From Pseudomonadales bacterium (GTDB taxonomy: Bacteria; Pseudomonadota; Gammaproteobacteria; Pseudomonadales; JBFGWM01): 64,000 nucleotides of DNA. The translations under genes and the position numbers were made by a program. Position 1 is the first letter of the stretch; every line of letters starts with the position of its first letter. Location of the stretch: positions 216 to 64,215 of the forward strand of contig JBFKKR010000002.1 of assembly GCA_041682035.1 (NCBI GenBank), in the 5' to 3' direction. Shown piece after piece: positions 9,084 to 18,410 of the stretch. The notes under the pieces were generated by a model. The model saw nothing but the letters and a program-made list of their open reading frames with translations. It did no database searches and was not told the DNA's origin.

Positions 9084-10010
9084 ATGGGTCCGGCCCGGCG
9101 CACGGCGGGCGCCGCCATCGTCGGCCGGTTCGCTCCGTCCCCCACGGGCCCCCTGCACTTCGGTTCCCTGTTCGCCGCGCTGGCGAGCTACCTGGATGTC
9201 GCTTCGCGCGGCGGGCGCTGGCTGGTCCGCATCGAGGACATCGACCCCCCGCGCGAGGTAACCGGCGCCCGCCAGGCCATCCTGGAGGCGCTTGCCGCGC
9301 ACGGGCTGAACCCGGTCGAGGATGTCATCTACCAGTCGCACCAGGCGGCACTGCACGATGCGTCGCTGCAGGCACTGGGCCGGGACGGCCACCTGTTCTA
9401 CTGCACCTGCACCCGCAAGGCCCTGGCGGCGGTCCCGGGCCCCTACCCGGGCACCTGCCGCAACCGGCGCGAGCCACCCCGGCGCTCGCACGCGGTGCGG
9501 TTCCGGGTCGCGGAGGGAGCAGCCATCCGCTTCGAAGACGGCATCCTCGGTCCGCAGGTTTTCGAACCGGGGGATCTGGGCGATTTCATCGTGCGCCGGC
9601 GCGACGGGCTGGTGGCCTACCACCTGGCGGTGGTCGCCGACGATGCGGCACAGGGCATCTCCACGATCCTGCGCGGCGCCGACCTGCTGGATTCCACGCC
9701 GCTGCATATCTGCCTGCAACACGCACTGGGACACCCGGTACCGGAGTACCTGCACGTTCCGGTCCTGACCTGTGGCGGCGCCAAGCTGAGCAAGCAGACC
9801 GGCGCTCCCGCCCTCGATGCCACGCGCGCGGCCGAGAACCTGTGCCGGGCGCTCGCCCTGCTTGGCCAGCCGGTGCCCGGCAGCGGGCCGGGCCGCGAGG
9901 TGACGACGCTGCTGAAGACCGCGTGCGCCAACTGGCGGCGCGAGCTGGTCCCCAGGCAGGCGGAGATCGAGCTGGGGCCGGAATTCGGCGATGTCACGGG
10001 CGGTGCATGA
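9084..10010 (+). CDS. gluQ: tRNA glutamyl-Q(34) synthetase (GluQRS)
   Basis: GRFAPSPTGPLHFGSL, RIEDID and a KLSKQ-type motif. It sits immediately downstream of dksA, as in E. coli and Pseudomonas. Confidence 0.85.
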   Translation: MGPARRTAGAAIVGRFAPSPTGPLHFGSLFAALASYLDVASRGGRWLVRIEDIDPPREVTGARQAILEALAAHGLNPVEDVIYQSHQAALHDASLQALGRDGHLFYCTCTRKALAAVPGPYPGTCRNRREPPRRSHAVRFRVAEGAAIRFEDGILGPQVFEPGDLGDFIVRRRDGLVAYHLAVVADDAAQGISTILRGADLLDSTPLHICLQHALGHPVPEYLHVPVLTCGGAKLSKQTGAPALDATRAAENLCRALALLGQPVPGSGPGREVTTLLKTACANWRRELVPRQAEIELGPEFGDVTGGA

Positions 10011-10155
10011 ACTGGCCCTGCCCGGCCCGTTACGGTAGATTGAGGCAAGGAACGCGCAAGGATGCCCGCCCGCCGATGACCGATGTCTTCCTTTCTCCGG
10101 CAGCTGTCGGACGAGACCGGCGCCACCGGAACACCCCCACCGGAATCCAGCCCGC

Positions 10156-11190
10156 ATGAAGCGGCAGGCGCCTGCCCGACCGGATTCCACGCCGACGACC
10201 GTACCGTCCTCTTTCCACGGCATGATCGGCGCGTCGCCGCCCATGCAGGCCGTATTCCGTTATATCGAGCGCGCTGCGCCCACCGACGCCACCGTGCTGA
10301 TCAGCGGTGAAACCGGCACCGGCAAGGAACTGGCGGCGCGTGCGCTGCACGCCCTGAGCAATCGTGACAGCGGCGAATTCATCGCGGTGAACTGCGCGGC
10401 CATCCCGGAAACCCTGGTGGAGGCCGAACTGTTCGGTAACGAGAAGGGCGCGTTCACCGGCGCCGTCAGCAAGCGGCGCGGCCTGGTGGAGGCCGCTGAC
10501 CGCGGCACGCTGTTCCTTGACGAGGTGGGCGAACTGCCACTGGAGGCGCAGGCCCGGCTCCTGCGGGTATTGCAGGAAGGCGAGATCCGGCGCGTCGGCG
10601 CGACGCGCACCAACACGGTCAACGTCCGTATCATCGCCGCAACCCACCGCAACCTGTCCGCCCTGGTGCAGGAGGGTCGTTTCCGCGAGGATCTCTACTT
10701 CCGGCTGAACGTGCTGTCGATCCGCATGCCGCCCCTGCGCGAACGCGCCGAGGACATCCCGGCCCTCGCCGAAAGCCTGCTGCGTCAGCACGCGGCGGGC
10801 CTGCAACGGCCGGTCCGTGGCTTCGAGAGCGAGGCGCTGCGGACGCTGTGCCGGGCGCCGTGGCGCGGCAACGTGCGGGAACTGGACAACGTCATCCACC
10901 GCGCCTGCATCCTCAGCGACAGCCCGGTCATCGCGCAGGGTGATCTGCAGTTCGACGGCGAAGGGGAAGCTGGCGCCGATGACGGCCACGATGTCGCCGA
11001 CTGGCCCCGGCAACTGAGCCTGGAGCAGTACGTGGAGCACTTCCTGCTCGCCAACCAGCACCACATGACCGAGACCGAGATTGCCCAGAACCTGGGCATC
11101 AGCCGCAAGTGCCTGTGGGAGAAGCGTCAGAAACTGGGCATTCCGCGCCGCCAGGCCAGCGAGCGGCGGGGCGAGACGGAACGCGCGTGA
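10156..11190 (+). CDS. Sigma-54-dependent transcriptional activator (bEBP) with an AAA+ domain and Fis-type HTH only. No receiver or sensory domain.
   Basis: Walker A GETGTGKE, GAFTGA loop, Walker B FLDEVG, C-terminal HTH IAQNLGISRKCLWEKRQKLGI. An in-frame TAG at 10036-10038 limits any N-terminal extension to 39 codons. Confidence 0.9.
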   Translation: MKRQAPARPDSTPTTVPSSFHGMIGASPPMQAVFRYIERAAPTDATVLISGETGTGKELAARALHALSNRDSGEFIAVNCAAIPETLVEAELFGNEKGAFTGAVSKRRGLVEAADRGTLFLDEVGELPLEAQARLLRVLQEGEIRRVGATRTNTVNVRIIAATHRNLSALVQEGRFREDLYFRLNVLSIRMPPLRERAEDIPALAESLLRQHAAGLQRPVRGFESEALRTLCRAPWRGNVRELDNVIHRACILSDSPVIAQGDLQFDGEGEAGADDGHDVADWPRQLSLEQYVEHFLLANQHHMTETEIAQNLGISRKCLWEKRQKLGIPRRQASERRGETERA

Positions 11191-11192
11191 AC

Positions 11193-11239
11193 TGTTACCA
11201 ATCGAAACACTTCGCGATTATTTTGACCATCCGGTAACA
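11193..11239. promoter_or_regulatory. Candidate upstream activator sites: TGTTAC (11193-11198) and the inverted GTAACA (11234-11239)
   Basis: The two are exact inverted hexamers about 105-145 bp upstream of the -24/-12 element. They match the CbrB half-site hexamers as I recall them, but the spacing is 35 bp rather than about 12 bp. Confidence 0.4.
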
Positions 11240-11313
11240 CTTTGCGCTTGATTATTGCAGTAATTTCTTCGATAAATATCGTATACCTTTGTATTTATTG
11301 ATTATTTTTTATT

Positions 11314-11329
11314 TGGCACGCAACCTGCA
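11314..11329 (+). promoter_or_regulatory. Sigma-54 (-24/-12) promoter
   Basis: TGGCACGCAACCTGCA compared with the consensus TGGCACG-N4-TTGCW. The GG to GC spacing is exact and there is one mismatch. A visibly AT-rich stretch of about 70 bp precedes it. Confidence 0.7.
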
Positions 11330-11339
11330 CAGCATATCA

Positions 11340-11495
11340 CGCCAAGAGGACACACGCTGCGGCGAAGGCTTTCGGCCAGGGTCACGAGGACCAGAGTCTG
11401 CGGGTGACGAGGCATGGACGCCTCACGGAATAACAACAACAATCCCTTGCTTCAACCTGTGAGGGGAAGCTCTTCGGAGCTTCCTCCTCGTTTTT
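11340..11495 (+). ncRNA. Candidate sigma-54-dependent sRNA, CrcZ-like (Hfq-binding A-rich tract)
   Basis: The predicted start is about 12 nt after the -12 GC. It contains AAUAACAACAACAAU at 11429-11443 and ends at an intrinsic terminator. No credible ORF is present. Its position between the bEBP gene and pcnB mirrors crcZ. Confidence 0.5.
11463..11495 (+). terminator. Intrinsic terminator
   Basis: A 10-bp stem GGGGAAGCUC/GAGCUUCCUC with a UUCG loop, followed by CUCG and U5. Confidence 0.7.
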
Positions 11496-11803
11496 CCGGG
11501 ATGATCCGTTTTCCTGAGTGGCAAAGTCGTGGTAAAAAGACGCCGCGATTCGCCGGCCCATGCAGCAGACCCGCCCACCCCCTCTGCATGGCTGGTCGCG
11601 CCCGGTTTCCCCGGAAACTGTGAGTGCGCCGGCGAAAGGGGCAAGGTCCGCCGATCCGGACCGGCCCCGCAAGCCAGACGGCCCGCCCGATCCAGCCTCG
11701 CCGCCCCCTGGCGCGAAGCGTCGCTGATCGTCGACCCGGAGCGTGCCCGGACCGGTGGCAACTGGAAGGTACCTGGGCTCGCCCGACTGCGAGAGGAGTT
11801 CGC

Positions 11804-13168
11804 GTGAAGGAAATCACGGAATCGGAGCATGGCATCGCGCCTGCACAGATCAATCCGAATGCGCTGGAGATCGTCGAGAGGCTGAACGAGGCGGGCCACG
11901 AGGCCTACCTCGTCGGCGGCTGCCTGCGGGACCTCCTGCTGGGCATCCCGCCCAAGGACTTCGACGTCGCCACGTCGGCGCACCCGGAGCAGGTGCGCTC
12001 GCTGTTCCGGAACTCGCGCCTGATCGGCCGCCGGTTCCGGCTCGCGCACATCCGCCACGGCAGGGAGACCACCGAGGTCGCCACGTTCCGGGCCGGCGGC
12101 GAGCACTGGGACAGCGCCGACAGCGAGGCCGATGCCGAACTGCACGTGGAAACCGGCCGCATCCTGCGGGACAACGTGTACGGCACGCTGGAAACGGACG
12201 CCGCCCGCCGCGACTTCACCATCAACGCGCTGTACCTGCGGCCGGCCGACTGGACCGTGCTGGATTTCAGCGACGGGATCGGCGACCTGCGCAAGAAAAA
12301 GATCCGCGTGCTGGGCACCCCGGCGGAACGCTTCCGCGAAGACCCCGTGCGCATGCTGCGGGCTGCGCGGCTGCAGGCCAAGCTGGGCCTGAAGATCGGC
12401 AGGGAGGAAGAGGAGGCCATCCGCAAGCTGGGCAAGCTGCTGGTGCACGTGCCGCCCGCCCGCCTGTTCGATGAGTACACCAAGCTGTTCATGCACGGCC
12501 ACGCCGTACGGAGCATGGAACTGCTCGACGAGTACGGCCTGACCGAGTACCTGTTCCCGACCCTGGCGGAATACTACCCGGAACAGCCGGAAGTGGCGGC
12601 GCTGGTCCGCCAGGCGCTGGTCAACACCGATGAACGGGTGGCCAACGACCAGCGCATCACGCCCGCATTCCTCATCGCCGTGTTCCTGTGGCCGGAGTTC
12701 CTGGAGCAGCATCGCGCCCAGCTCGACGCCGGCGATTCGCCACTGGAAGCCTGCAACCGCGCGGCGCACGCCGTCATCATGGAGCAGTGCCAGTCGATCA
12801 GCATCCCGAAGCGCTTCAGCATGGTCGTCAAGGACATCTGGGACCTGCAGTTCCGGCTGCCGAACAACGGCAACCGCAAGCGTGCCGTGCAGCTCCTGGA
12901 CCACCGCCGCTTCCGTGCGGCCTACGACTTCCTGCTGTTGCGCGAGATGGCCGGGGAAAACCTCGAAGGCCTGGGCGAATGGTGGACGCACTTCCAGGAG
13001 GAAGATCACGGCCCGCGACCGGAACGGACGGACGAGGACGAAAACGAGGACGAGGAATCCGAAGAGCGCGCGCCGCGCCGGCCGCGCGGTGAGCAGCGGA
13101 GCGAGCAGCCCGCCGGACCGCGCCGCAGACGCCGCCGGCGCCGGCGCCGGCGTCCTGCTCCGGAGTGA
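11804..13168 (+). CDS. pcnB: Poly(A) polymerase I
   Basis: LVGGCLRDLLLG..PKDFDVAT and RRDFTINALY. GTG 11804 has GAGAGGAG 5 nt upstream. The upstream part of the 514-aa ORF is Arg/Pro-rich junk. The C-terminus is an Arg run. Confidence 0.9.
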   Translation: MKEITESEHGIAPAQINPNALEIVERLNEAGHEAYLVGGCLRDLLLGIPPKDFDVATSAHPEQVRSLFRNSRLIGRRFRLAHIRHGRETTEVATFRAGGEHWDSADSEADAELHVETGRILRDNVYGTLETDAARRDFTINALYLRPADWTVLDFSDGIGDLRKKKIRVLGTPAERFREDPVRMLRAARLQAKLGLKIGREEEEAIRKLGKLLVHVPPARLFDEYTKLFMHGHAVRSMELLDEYGLTEYLFPTLAEYYPEQPEVAALVRQALVNTDERVANDQRITPAFLIAVFLWPEFLEQHRAQLDAGDSPLEACNRAAHAVIMEQCQSISIPKRFSMVVKDIWDLQFRLPNNGNRKRAVQLLDHRRFRAAYDFLLLREMAGENLEGLGEWWTHFQEEDHGPRPERTDEDENEDEESEERAPRRPRGEQRSEQPAGPRRRRRRRRRRRPAPE

Positions 13169-13659
13169 GCAATCGCTATCACGCCGCCGCAATCGGCGTC
13201 GGCGCCAACCTGGGCAGGCCACGCCTGCAGGTGCGTAACGCGCTGCGTGCGATCCGGCGCCTGCCGGCCACGCACATCGAGGCCGTCTCGGCGCTTTATC
13301 GCAGCGCCCCGCTCGGACCGCAGATCCAGCCGGCCTACCTCAACGCCGCCGTCCGCGTCCGGACGCGGCTGGGCCCGCTGGCACTGCTGCGTAACCTGCA
13401 GTCGATCGAAGACCGCCAGGGGCGTCATCGTGGCCGTCGCTGGGGCGCACGCACGCTGGATCTGGACCTGCTGCTCTACGATCAGCTGGCGGTGCAGACA
13501 ACGCTGCTGACGGTACCCCATCCGGAGATGGTCAAGCGGGATTTTGTTCTATACCCTTTGGCCGATATCGCGCCCGGATGGCAGCTGCCGGACGGGCGCA
13601 CGGTACAGGCCCTGGCCGGCGCGCGCGCCGGGGGCAGCCTGCGCAGGGTCAGCTACTAG
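13165..13659 (+). CDS. folK: 2-amino-4-hydroxy-6-hydroxymethyldihydropteridine diphosphokinase
   Basis: IGVGANLG, RWGARTLDLDLLLY and PHPEM..RDFVL. It overlaps the pcnB stop as GTGA. Confidence 0.9.
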   Translation: MSNRYHAAAIGVGANLGRPRLQVRNALRAIRRLPATHIEAVSALYRSAPLGPQIQPAYLNAAVRVRTRLGPLALLRNLQSIEDRQGRHRGRRWGARTLDLDLLLYDQLAVQTTLLTVPHPEMVKRDFVLYPLADIAPGWQLPDGRTVQALAGARAGGSLRRVSY

Positions 13660-13670
13660 TCGGCCGGGAC

Positions 13671-14354
13671 ATGCCTCCAGCAACCAGCAAATTCATCGCC
13701 ATCGAGGGCACCATCGGCGTGGGCAAGACCACGCTGGCGCGGCGGCTGGCGGACACCTTCGGCTACGCCACCGTCCTGGAACAGCCGGAAGCCAACCCCT
13801 TCCTGCAGCGCTTCTACGAGGATCGCGCGCAGAACGCGCTGGCGACGCAGCTTTTCTTCCTCTTCCAGCGTTCACAGCAGATGCAGGCGCTGACCACGCC
13901 GGCTGCCGGCGCGCAGCAGGGTGAACTGTTCCGCCGGGGGCACGTCGCAGACTACATGCTGGAGAAGGACCGCATCTTCGCCGGCATCAACCTCACCCCG
14001 GATGAAATCGACCTGTACAACCGCGTCTACGCGAGTATGACCATCGACGTGCCGGCACCCGACCTCGTCATCTACCTGCAGGCGCCGGCGGACGTGCTGC
14101 AGAAGCGCATCGCCCGCCGCGGCAACGCCTTCGAGCAGCGTATTGCCGCCAGTTACCTGGAAGCGCTGAACGCGGCCTACACGGCATTCTTCCACGACTA
14201 CCAGGACGCCCCGCTGCTGATCGTCAACGCGGCCGATATCAACCTTGCCGCCAGCGAACAGGATTACCAGGAACTGCTCACCCGTATCGCGGAGTGTTCC
14301 AGCGGGCGCAACTACTTCAACCCATTGCCAGCGGCGGAAACTCGGCTAACCTGA
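13671..14354 (+). CDS. Deoxynucleoside kinase family protein
   Basis: FIAIEGTIGVGKTTL P-loop, LEQP..NPFL..FY and a DRIFA motif. The start is taken at MPPATSKF. Confidence 0.8.
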   Translation: MPPATSKFIAIEGTIGVGKTTLARRLADTFGYATVLEQPEANPFLQRFYEDRAQNALATQLFFLFQRSQQMQALTTPAAGAQQGELFRRGHVADYMLEKDRIFAGINLTPDEIDLYNRVYASMTIDVPAPDLVIYLQAPADVLQKRIARRGNAFEQRIAASYLEALNAAYTAFFHDYQDAPLLIVNAADINLAASEQDYQELLTRIAECSSGRNYFNPLPAAETRLT

Positions 14355-14379
14355 GCCGCAGGATCACCGGTATAACGAA

Positions 14380-15189
14380 ATGAAACGAATCAACCTGCTG
14401 ACGCTCGCGGGCTACCGCGAACGCGGCGAGCACTTCGCCTGCCTGACCGCCTACGACGCCAGCTTCGCGCGCTGCATGGCGGACGCCGGCGTCGAGGTCA
14501 TACTCGTGGGCGATTCGCTCGGCATGGTCCTGCAGGGACACAGCAGCACCATCCCGGTCACCGTGCAGGACATGGCCTACCACGTCAGGGCCGTGAAACG
14601 CGGGACCCGGGAAACGGAACTGCGGCCGATGATCATGGCCGACATGCCGTTCATGAGCTTCGCCACGCTGGAGGACACCCTCAGCAATGCCGGCGTGCTC
14701 ATGCGCGCGGGCGCTCAGGTGGTGAAGATCGAGGGTGGCCGGGAACTGGCCGAGCGCGTCGCGCGACTGCACGAGAACGGCGTGCCCTGCTGCGTGCACC
14801 TGGGCCTGACCCCGCAGTCGGTCAACTGCTTCGGGGGATTCCGGGTGCAGGGCCGGGGCGCCGAGCAGGCCGCGCAGATGCTGGAGGATGTCCGCATCCT
14901 CACCGAGGCCGGTGCCGCGATCGTCCTGCTCGAGTGCGTGCCGGAGCCACTGGCCACCCGCATCCAGCAGGAAGTATCCGTACCCACCATCGGGATCGGC
15001 GCCGGCCCCAACCTGGACGGGCAGGTCCTGGTCATGCACGACATCCTTGGCCTCGGCGTCGGCCGGTCACCGCGCTTCGTGAAGAATTTCCTGGCCGGCG
15101 AGGAAAGCATCACCGGCGCGTTCCGGGCGTTCGGCGACGCGGTGCGCAAGGGCACCTACCCGGCGGCGGAACACTGGTTCGCCGAGTGA
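14380..15189 (+). CDS. panB: 3-methyl-2-oxobutanoate hydroxymethyltransferase
   Basis: LTAYDASFA and ILVGDSLGMVLQGH. Confidence 0.92.
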   Translation: MKRINLLTLAGYRERGEHFACLTAYDASFARCMADAGVEVILVGDSLGMVLQGHSSTIPVTVQDMAYHVRAVKRGTRETELRPMIMADMPFMSFATLEDTLSNAGVLMRAGAQVVKIEGGRELAERVARLHENGVPCCVHLGLTPQSVNCFGGFRVQGRGAEQAAQMLEDVRILTEAGAAIVLLECVPEPLATRIQQEVSVPTIGIGAGPNLDGQVLVMHDILGLGVGRSPRFVKNFLAGEESITGAFRAFGDAVRKGTYPAAEHWFAE

Positions 15190-15223
15190 CGATCCCGTCG
15201 CCGCGCCGCTGATCACACCTGCC

Positions 15224-16069
15224 ATGCACAGCGCCAGCACCATTGCCGAAGTTCGCAGCGAGGTCGCGGCGTTGCGCGACGCGGGCCGGCGCGTCGCGCT
15301 CGTTCCAACCATGGGCAACCTGCACACCGGCCATCTTGATTTGGTGGCTGCGGCGCGCGCGGACGGTCACGCCGTGGTGGCCAGCATCTTCGTGAATCCG
15401 CTGCAGTTCGGCGCCGGCGAGGACCTCGACCGGTACCCGCGCACACCCGCTGCGGATATCGACAAGCTGACCCGTGCCGGCACCGCGCTCCTGTTCATGC
15501 CGACCGTGGAAGAAATGTACCCGGTGCCGCTGGAGCAGCAGACGGCCGTCGAGGTGCCGGGCCTCTCCACGCTGCACTGCGGCGCCTCGCGACCGGGTCA
15601 TTTCCGCGGCGTCGCCACGGTGGTCTGCAAGCTGTTCAACATTGTCGGGCCGGACGCTGCCTATTTCGGCGAGAAGGACTTCCAGCAGTTGCAGGTGATC
15701 CGTCGCATGGTGCGGGATCTGTGCCTGCCGGTCTCGGTGCATGGCGTGCCGACCCGCCGCGAGGAGGATGGCCTGGCCATGAGTTCCCGCAACGGCTACC
15801 TGAGCCGGGAGGAGCGCGCACTGGCGCCCGTGCTGCGCCGCGAACTGCTGGCGCTGGCGGACCTGGCGGGCGGTTCGGAAATCCCCTTCCGGGAACTGGA
15901 GTGGCAGTGCGAGAGGCGCCTGGAGGCGGCGGGGTTCGAACCGGACTATGTCTCGATCTGCCACCGGGACGACCTGCTACCGGCGCAGCGCGGTGAGTCC
16001 GGACTCGTCATTCTGGCCGCCGCAAAACTCGGCCGGACCCGCCTGATCGACAATGTGACACTGGCATGA
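15224..16069 (+). CDS. panC: Pantoate--beta-alanine ligase
   Basis: VPTMGNLHTGHLDLV, FVNPLQF and GEKDFQQ. Confidence 0.92.
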   Translation: MHSASTIAEVRSEVAALRDAGRRVALVPTMGNLHTGHLDLVAAARADGHAVVASIFVNPLQFGAGEDLDRYPRTPAADIDKLTRAGTALLFMPTVEEMYPVPLEQQTAVEVPGLSTLHCGASRPGHFRGVATVVCKLFNIVGPDAAYFGEKDFQQLQVIRRMVRDLCLPVSVHGVPTRREEDGLAMSSRNGYLSREERALAPVLRRELLALADLAGGSEIPFRELEWQCERRLEAAGFEPDYVSICHRDDLLPAQRGESGLVILAAAKLGRTRLIDNVTLA

Positions 16070-16197
16070 AATGTGTCTACGATGGCGTTGTACGTGTTCG
16101 ATAGTTAGGGCATACTTTTGCGCCCGTTGCCGTAAGGCCCTTGATTCTCATGGGTTTTACACGGGCATGAGAGCGATACAGGCGAGGTGGCAGGACG

Positions 16198-16578
16198 ATG
16201 CACTCGATCATGTTGAAGGCCAAGCTGCACCAGGCGCGCGTGACCCACGCGGTCCTGGAATATGAAGGTTCCTGCGCCATCGATGGCGAGCTGCTGGACC
16301 TCGCCGGACTGCGTGAATACGAGCAGATCCAGATCTACAACATCGACAACGGCGAACGCTTCACCACCTACGTCATCCGCGGCGAGGCAGGCTCCCGCAT
16401 CATTTCCGTGAACGGCGCCGCGGCGCACAAGGCCAAGCCCGGCCACCGCATCATCATTTGCGCCTACGCCCATTACAGCGAGGCCGAACTGGTCGGCTAC
16501 AAGCCGCGCCTGGTCTATCTCGACGAAAACAACGACGTCCGCGAAACGGCGCGGGCGATCCCCGTGCAGGTCGCCTGA
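16198..16578 (+). CDS. panD: Aspartate 1-decarboxylase
   Basis: [23 protein letters not shown], which contains the Gly-Ser self-cleavage site. Confidence 0.92.
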   Translation: MHSIMLKAKLHQARVTHAVLEYEGSCAIDGELLDLAGLREYEQIQIYNIDNGERFTTYVIRGEAGSRIISVNGAAAHKAKPGHRIIICAYAHYSEAELVGYKPRLVYLDENNDVRETARAIPVQVA

Positions 16579-16639
16579 CCCGGCTCGGCTACATCCCTTT
16601 CGTTGCTACAATCCCTGCAGGCTTTTTCCAAGAGGGAGC

Positions 16640-18340
16640 ATGCGCCGGACCGGCGCTTCAGCTGTTTTGACCGGCAACACCCCGCCTGAGACAACCGCCC
16701 CCAACGGACTGCCGGAATGGCAGTCCCTGGCCGCACACCGCCGGGAACTGGAACCGGTCACCATCCAGGCACTGTTTGACGGGGACGCCCGCCGCTTCGA
16801 ACATTTCTCGGCCCGGGCCGCCGGGCTGCACCTGGACTTCTCCAAGAACCGCCTGACCCGGCAGACTCTGCTCCTGCTGGCGGCACTGGCCCGCGCGCGG
16901 GGCCTGGAATCCGCCATCGCGAGGCTGTTTTCGGGTGCCGAGGTGAACGGCACGGAAGGTCGTCCCGCACTGCACACCGCGTTGCGCGCGCCCGAAGGCG
17001 CTGACATCCGGGTACACGGTGAGAACATCGTGCCGCTGGTGCAGTCCACGCTTGCGCGGATGAAAGACCTGACCCGGCAACTGCACGCCGGCGCCTGGCC
17101 GGGCGGAACCGGGAAGCCCGTGCGTGACGTGGTCTGTATCGGCATCGGCGGCTCGCACCTCGGCCCGAAGATGGTGACGACGGCACTGCGGCCGTACCGG
17201 AACGGTCCGCTGCGCTGCCGCTTCGTCGCGAACATCGACGGCGCCCACATCACCGAGGTGCTGCAGGGTCTCGATGCGGAAACCACGCTGTTCCTGGTCG
17301 CATCCAAGTCGTTCACCACCCGGGAGACACTCGCCAACGCCCGTACCGCCCGCGACTGGTTCCTGCAGCAGGGCGGCAGCGAAACCGACCTCGCCCGGCA
17401 CTTCATCGCCGTGACGGCGAACACGCCGCGTGCCACCGAATTCGGTGTCGCGCCCGCGAACGTCTTCCCGATGTGGGACTGGGTCGGCGGCCGTTACTCG
17501 TTGTGGTCGGCCATCGGGCTGCCGATCTGCTTCAGCATCGGTTTCGAGCACTTCCAGGCGCTGCTGGCGGGCGCCCGGGAGATGGACACGCATTTCCGGG
17601 ACGCACCAATTGCGGAGAACATGCCCGCCCTGCTGGCGCTGCTGGCGGTCTGGCACCGCAATTTCTGGGGCGCCGCCTCCCACGCGGTCGTACCCTATGA
17701 CCATTCGCTGCGTACGCTCCCCGCCTACCTGCAGCAGCTGGACATGGAGAGCAGCGGCAAGTCCGTGCGCAACAACGGCCAGGCGGCGGACTACCCGACC
17801 GGTCCGGTGCTCTGGGGTGGCGAGGGCAGCAACGGTCAGCACGCGTTCCACCAGTTGCTGCACCAGGGGTCTGACCTGGTGCCGGTGGACTTCATCGTGC
17901 CCCTGCGTCCACACCACGGGCTGGCGGACCAGCATACGCAGCTGTTCGCCAGCTGCCTGAGCCAGGGCGCGGCATTGATGCACGGCCGGACCGCGGCGGA
18001 GGCATACGGGGAACTGGTCGCATCCGGTCTGCCGGAAACGGAGGCGAAGCGGCTCGCGCCGCACAAGGCACATCCGGGCAACCGCCCCTCCAACACGCTG
18101 ACCATGGACCAGCTCACGCCACGGACGCTGGGTGCGCTGATCGCGCTGTACGAGCACAGGGTGTTCACCCAGGGGGTGATCTGGGACATCAACCCGTTCG
18201 ACCAGTGGGGGGTGGAACTGGGCAAGCAACTCGCCGGCGCATTGTACGAGCAGTTGCAACAACCGGCAGGCGGGCGGGCGCTGGACAGTTCCACCGCCGG
18301 TCAGTGCGCGCGGTACAGCGCCGCGAACCGCGGCCGCTAG
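16640..18340 (+). CDS. pgi: Glucose-6-phosphate isomerase
   Basis: [15 protein letters not shown] and the [18 protein letters not shown] signature. The N-terminus may be about 15 aa too long. Confidence 0.9.
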   Translation: MRRTGASAVLTGNTPPETTAPNGLPEWQSLAAHRRELEPVTIQALFDGDARRFEHFSARAAGLHLDFSKNRLTRQTLLLLAALARARGLESAIARLFSGAEVNGTEGRPALHTALRAPEGADIRVHGENIVPLVQSTLARMKDLTRQLHAGAWPGGTGKPVRDVVCIGIGGSHLGPKMVTTALRPYRNGPLRCRFVANIDGAHITEVLQGLDAETTLFLVASKSFTTRETLANARTARDWFLQQGGSETDLARHFIAVTANTPRATEFGVAPANVFPMWDWVGGRYSLWSAIGLPICFSIGFEHFQALLAGAREMDTHFRDAPIAENMPALLALLAVWHRNFWGAASHAVVPYDHSLRTLPAYLQQLDMESSGKSVRNNGQAADYPTGPVLWGGEGSNGQHAFHQLLHQGSDLVPVDFIVPLRPHHGLADQHTQLFASCLSQGAALMHGRTAAEAYGELVASGLPETEAKRLAPHKAHPGNRPSNTLTMDQLTPRTLGALIALYEHRVFTQGVIWDINPFDQWGVELGKQLAGALYEQLQQPAGGRALDSSTAGQCARYSAANRGR

Positions 18341-18410
18341 CCGAATTTCAGTTTGCGGTAGCGGCGCGCTATCATCAGGCGCATCGCTGAACGATCCGCG
18401 GAGTGTTCCC

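Noticed and set aside
7846-9145. Alternative long ORFs over the dksA basic region (7846-8901 +, 7933-8631 -, 7946-9145 -)
   Set aside because: These are open only because of GC and low-complexity composition. They give Arg/Gly/Pro-rich nonsense and conflict with the frame that continues into a recognisable DksA.
11245-11312. IHF site between the upstream activator half sites and the sigma-54 promoter
   Set aside because: The region is AT-rich and well placed. However, the two AATCAA cores I found are not followed by the TTR element of WATCAANNNNTTR, so I report only the AT-rich character.
11414-11623. 69-aa ORF (MDASRNNNNNPLLQ...) inside the activator-pcnB spacer
   Set aside because: The poly-Asn run is simply the AAC/AAT reading of the A-rich tract. 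The ORF runs straight through a strong intrinsic terminator, has no RBS, and its composition is unlike the genes of this window. It is better explained as part of a non-coding RNA.
11498-11803. Possible extension of the sRNA to a CrcZ-like ~400 nt, or a structured pcnB leader
   Set aside because: There are no further AANAANAA motifs and no second terminator. The only feature is one 8-bp inverted repeat (CCATGCAG...CTGCATGG). I cannot support any feature here from sequence alone.
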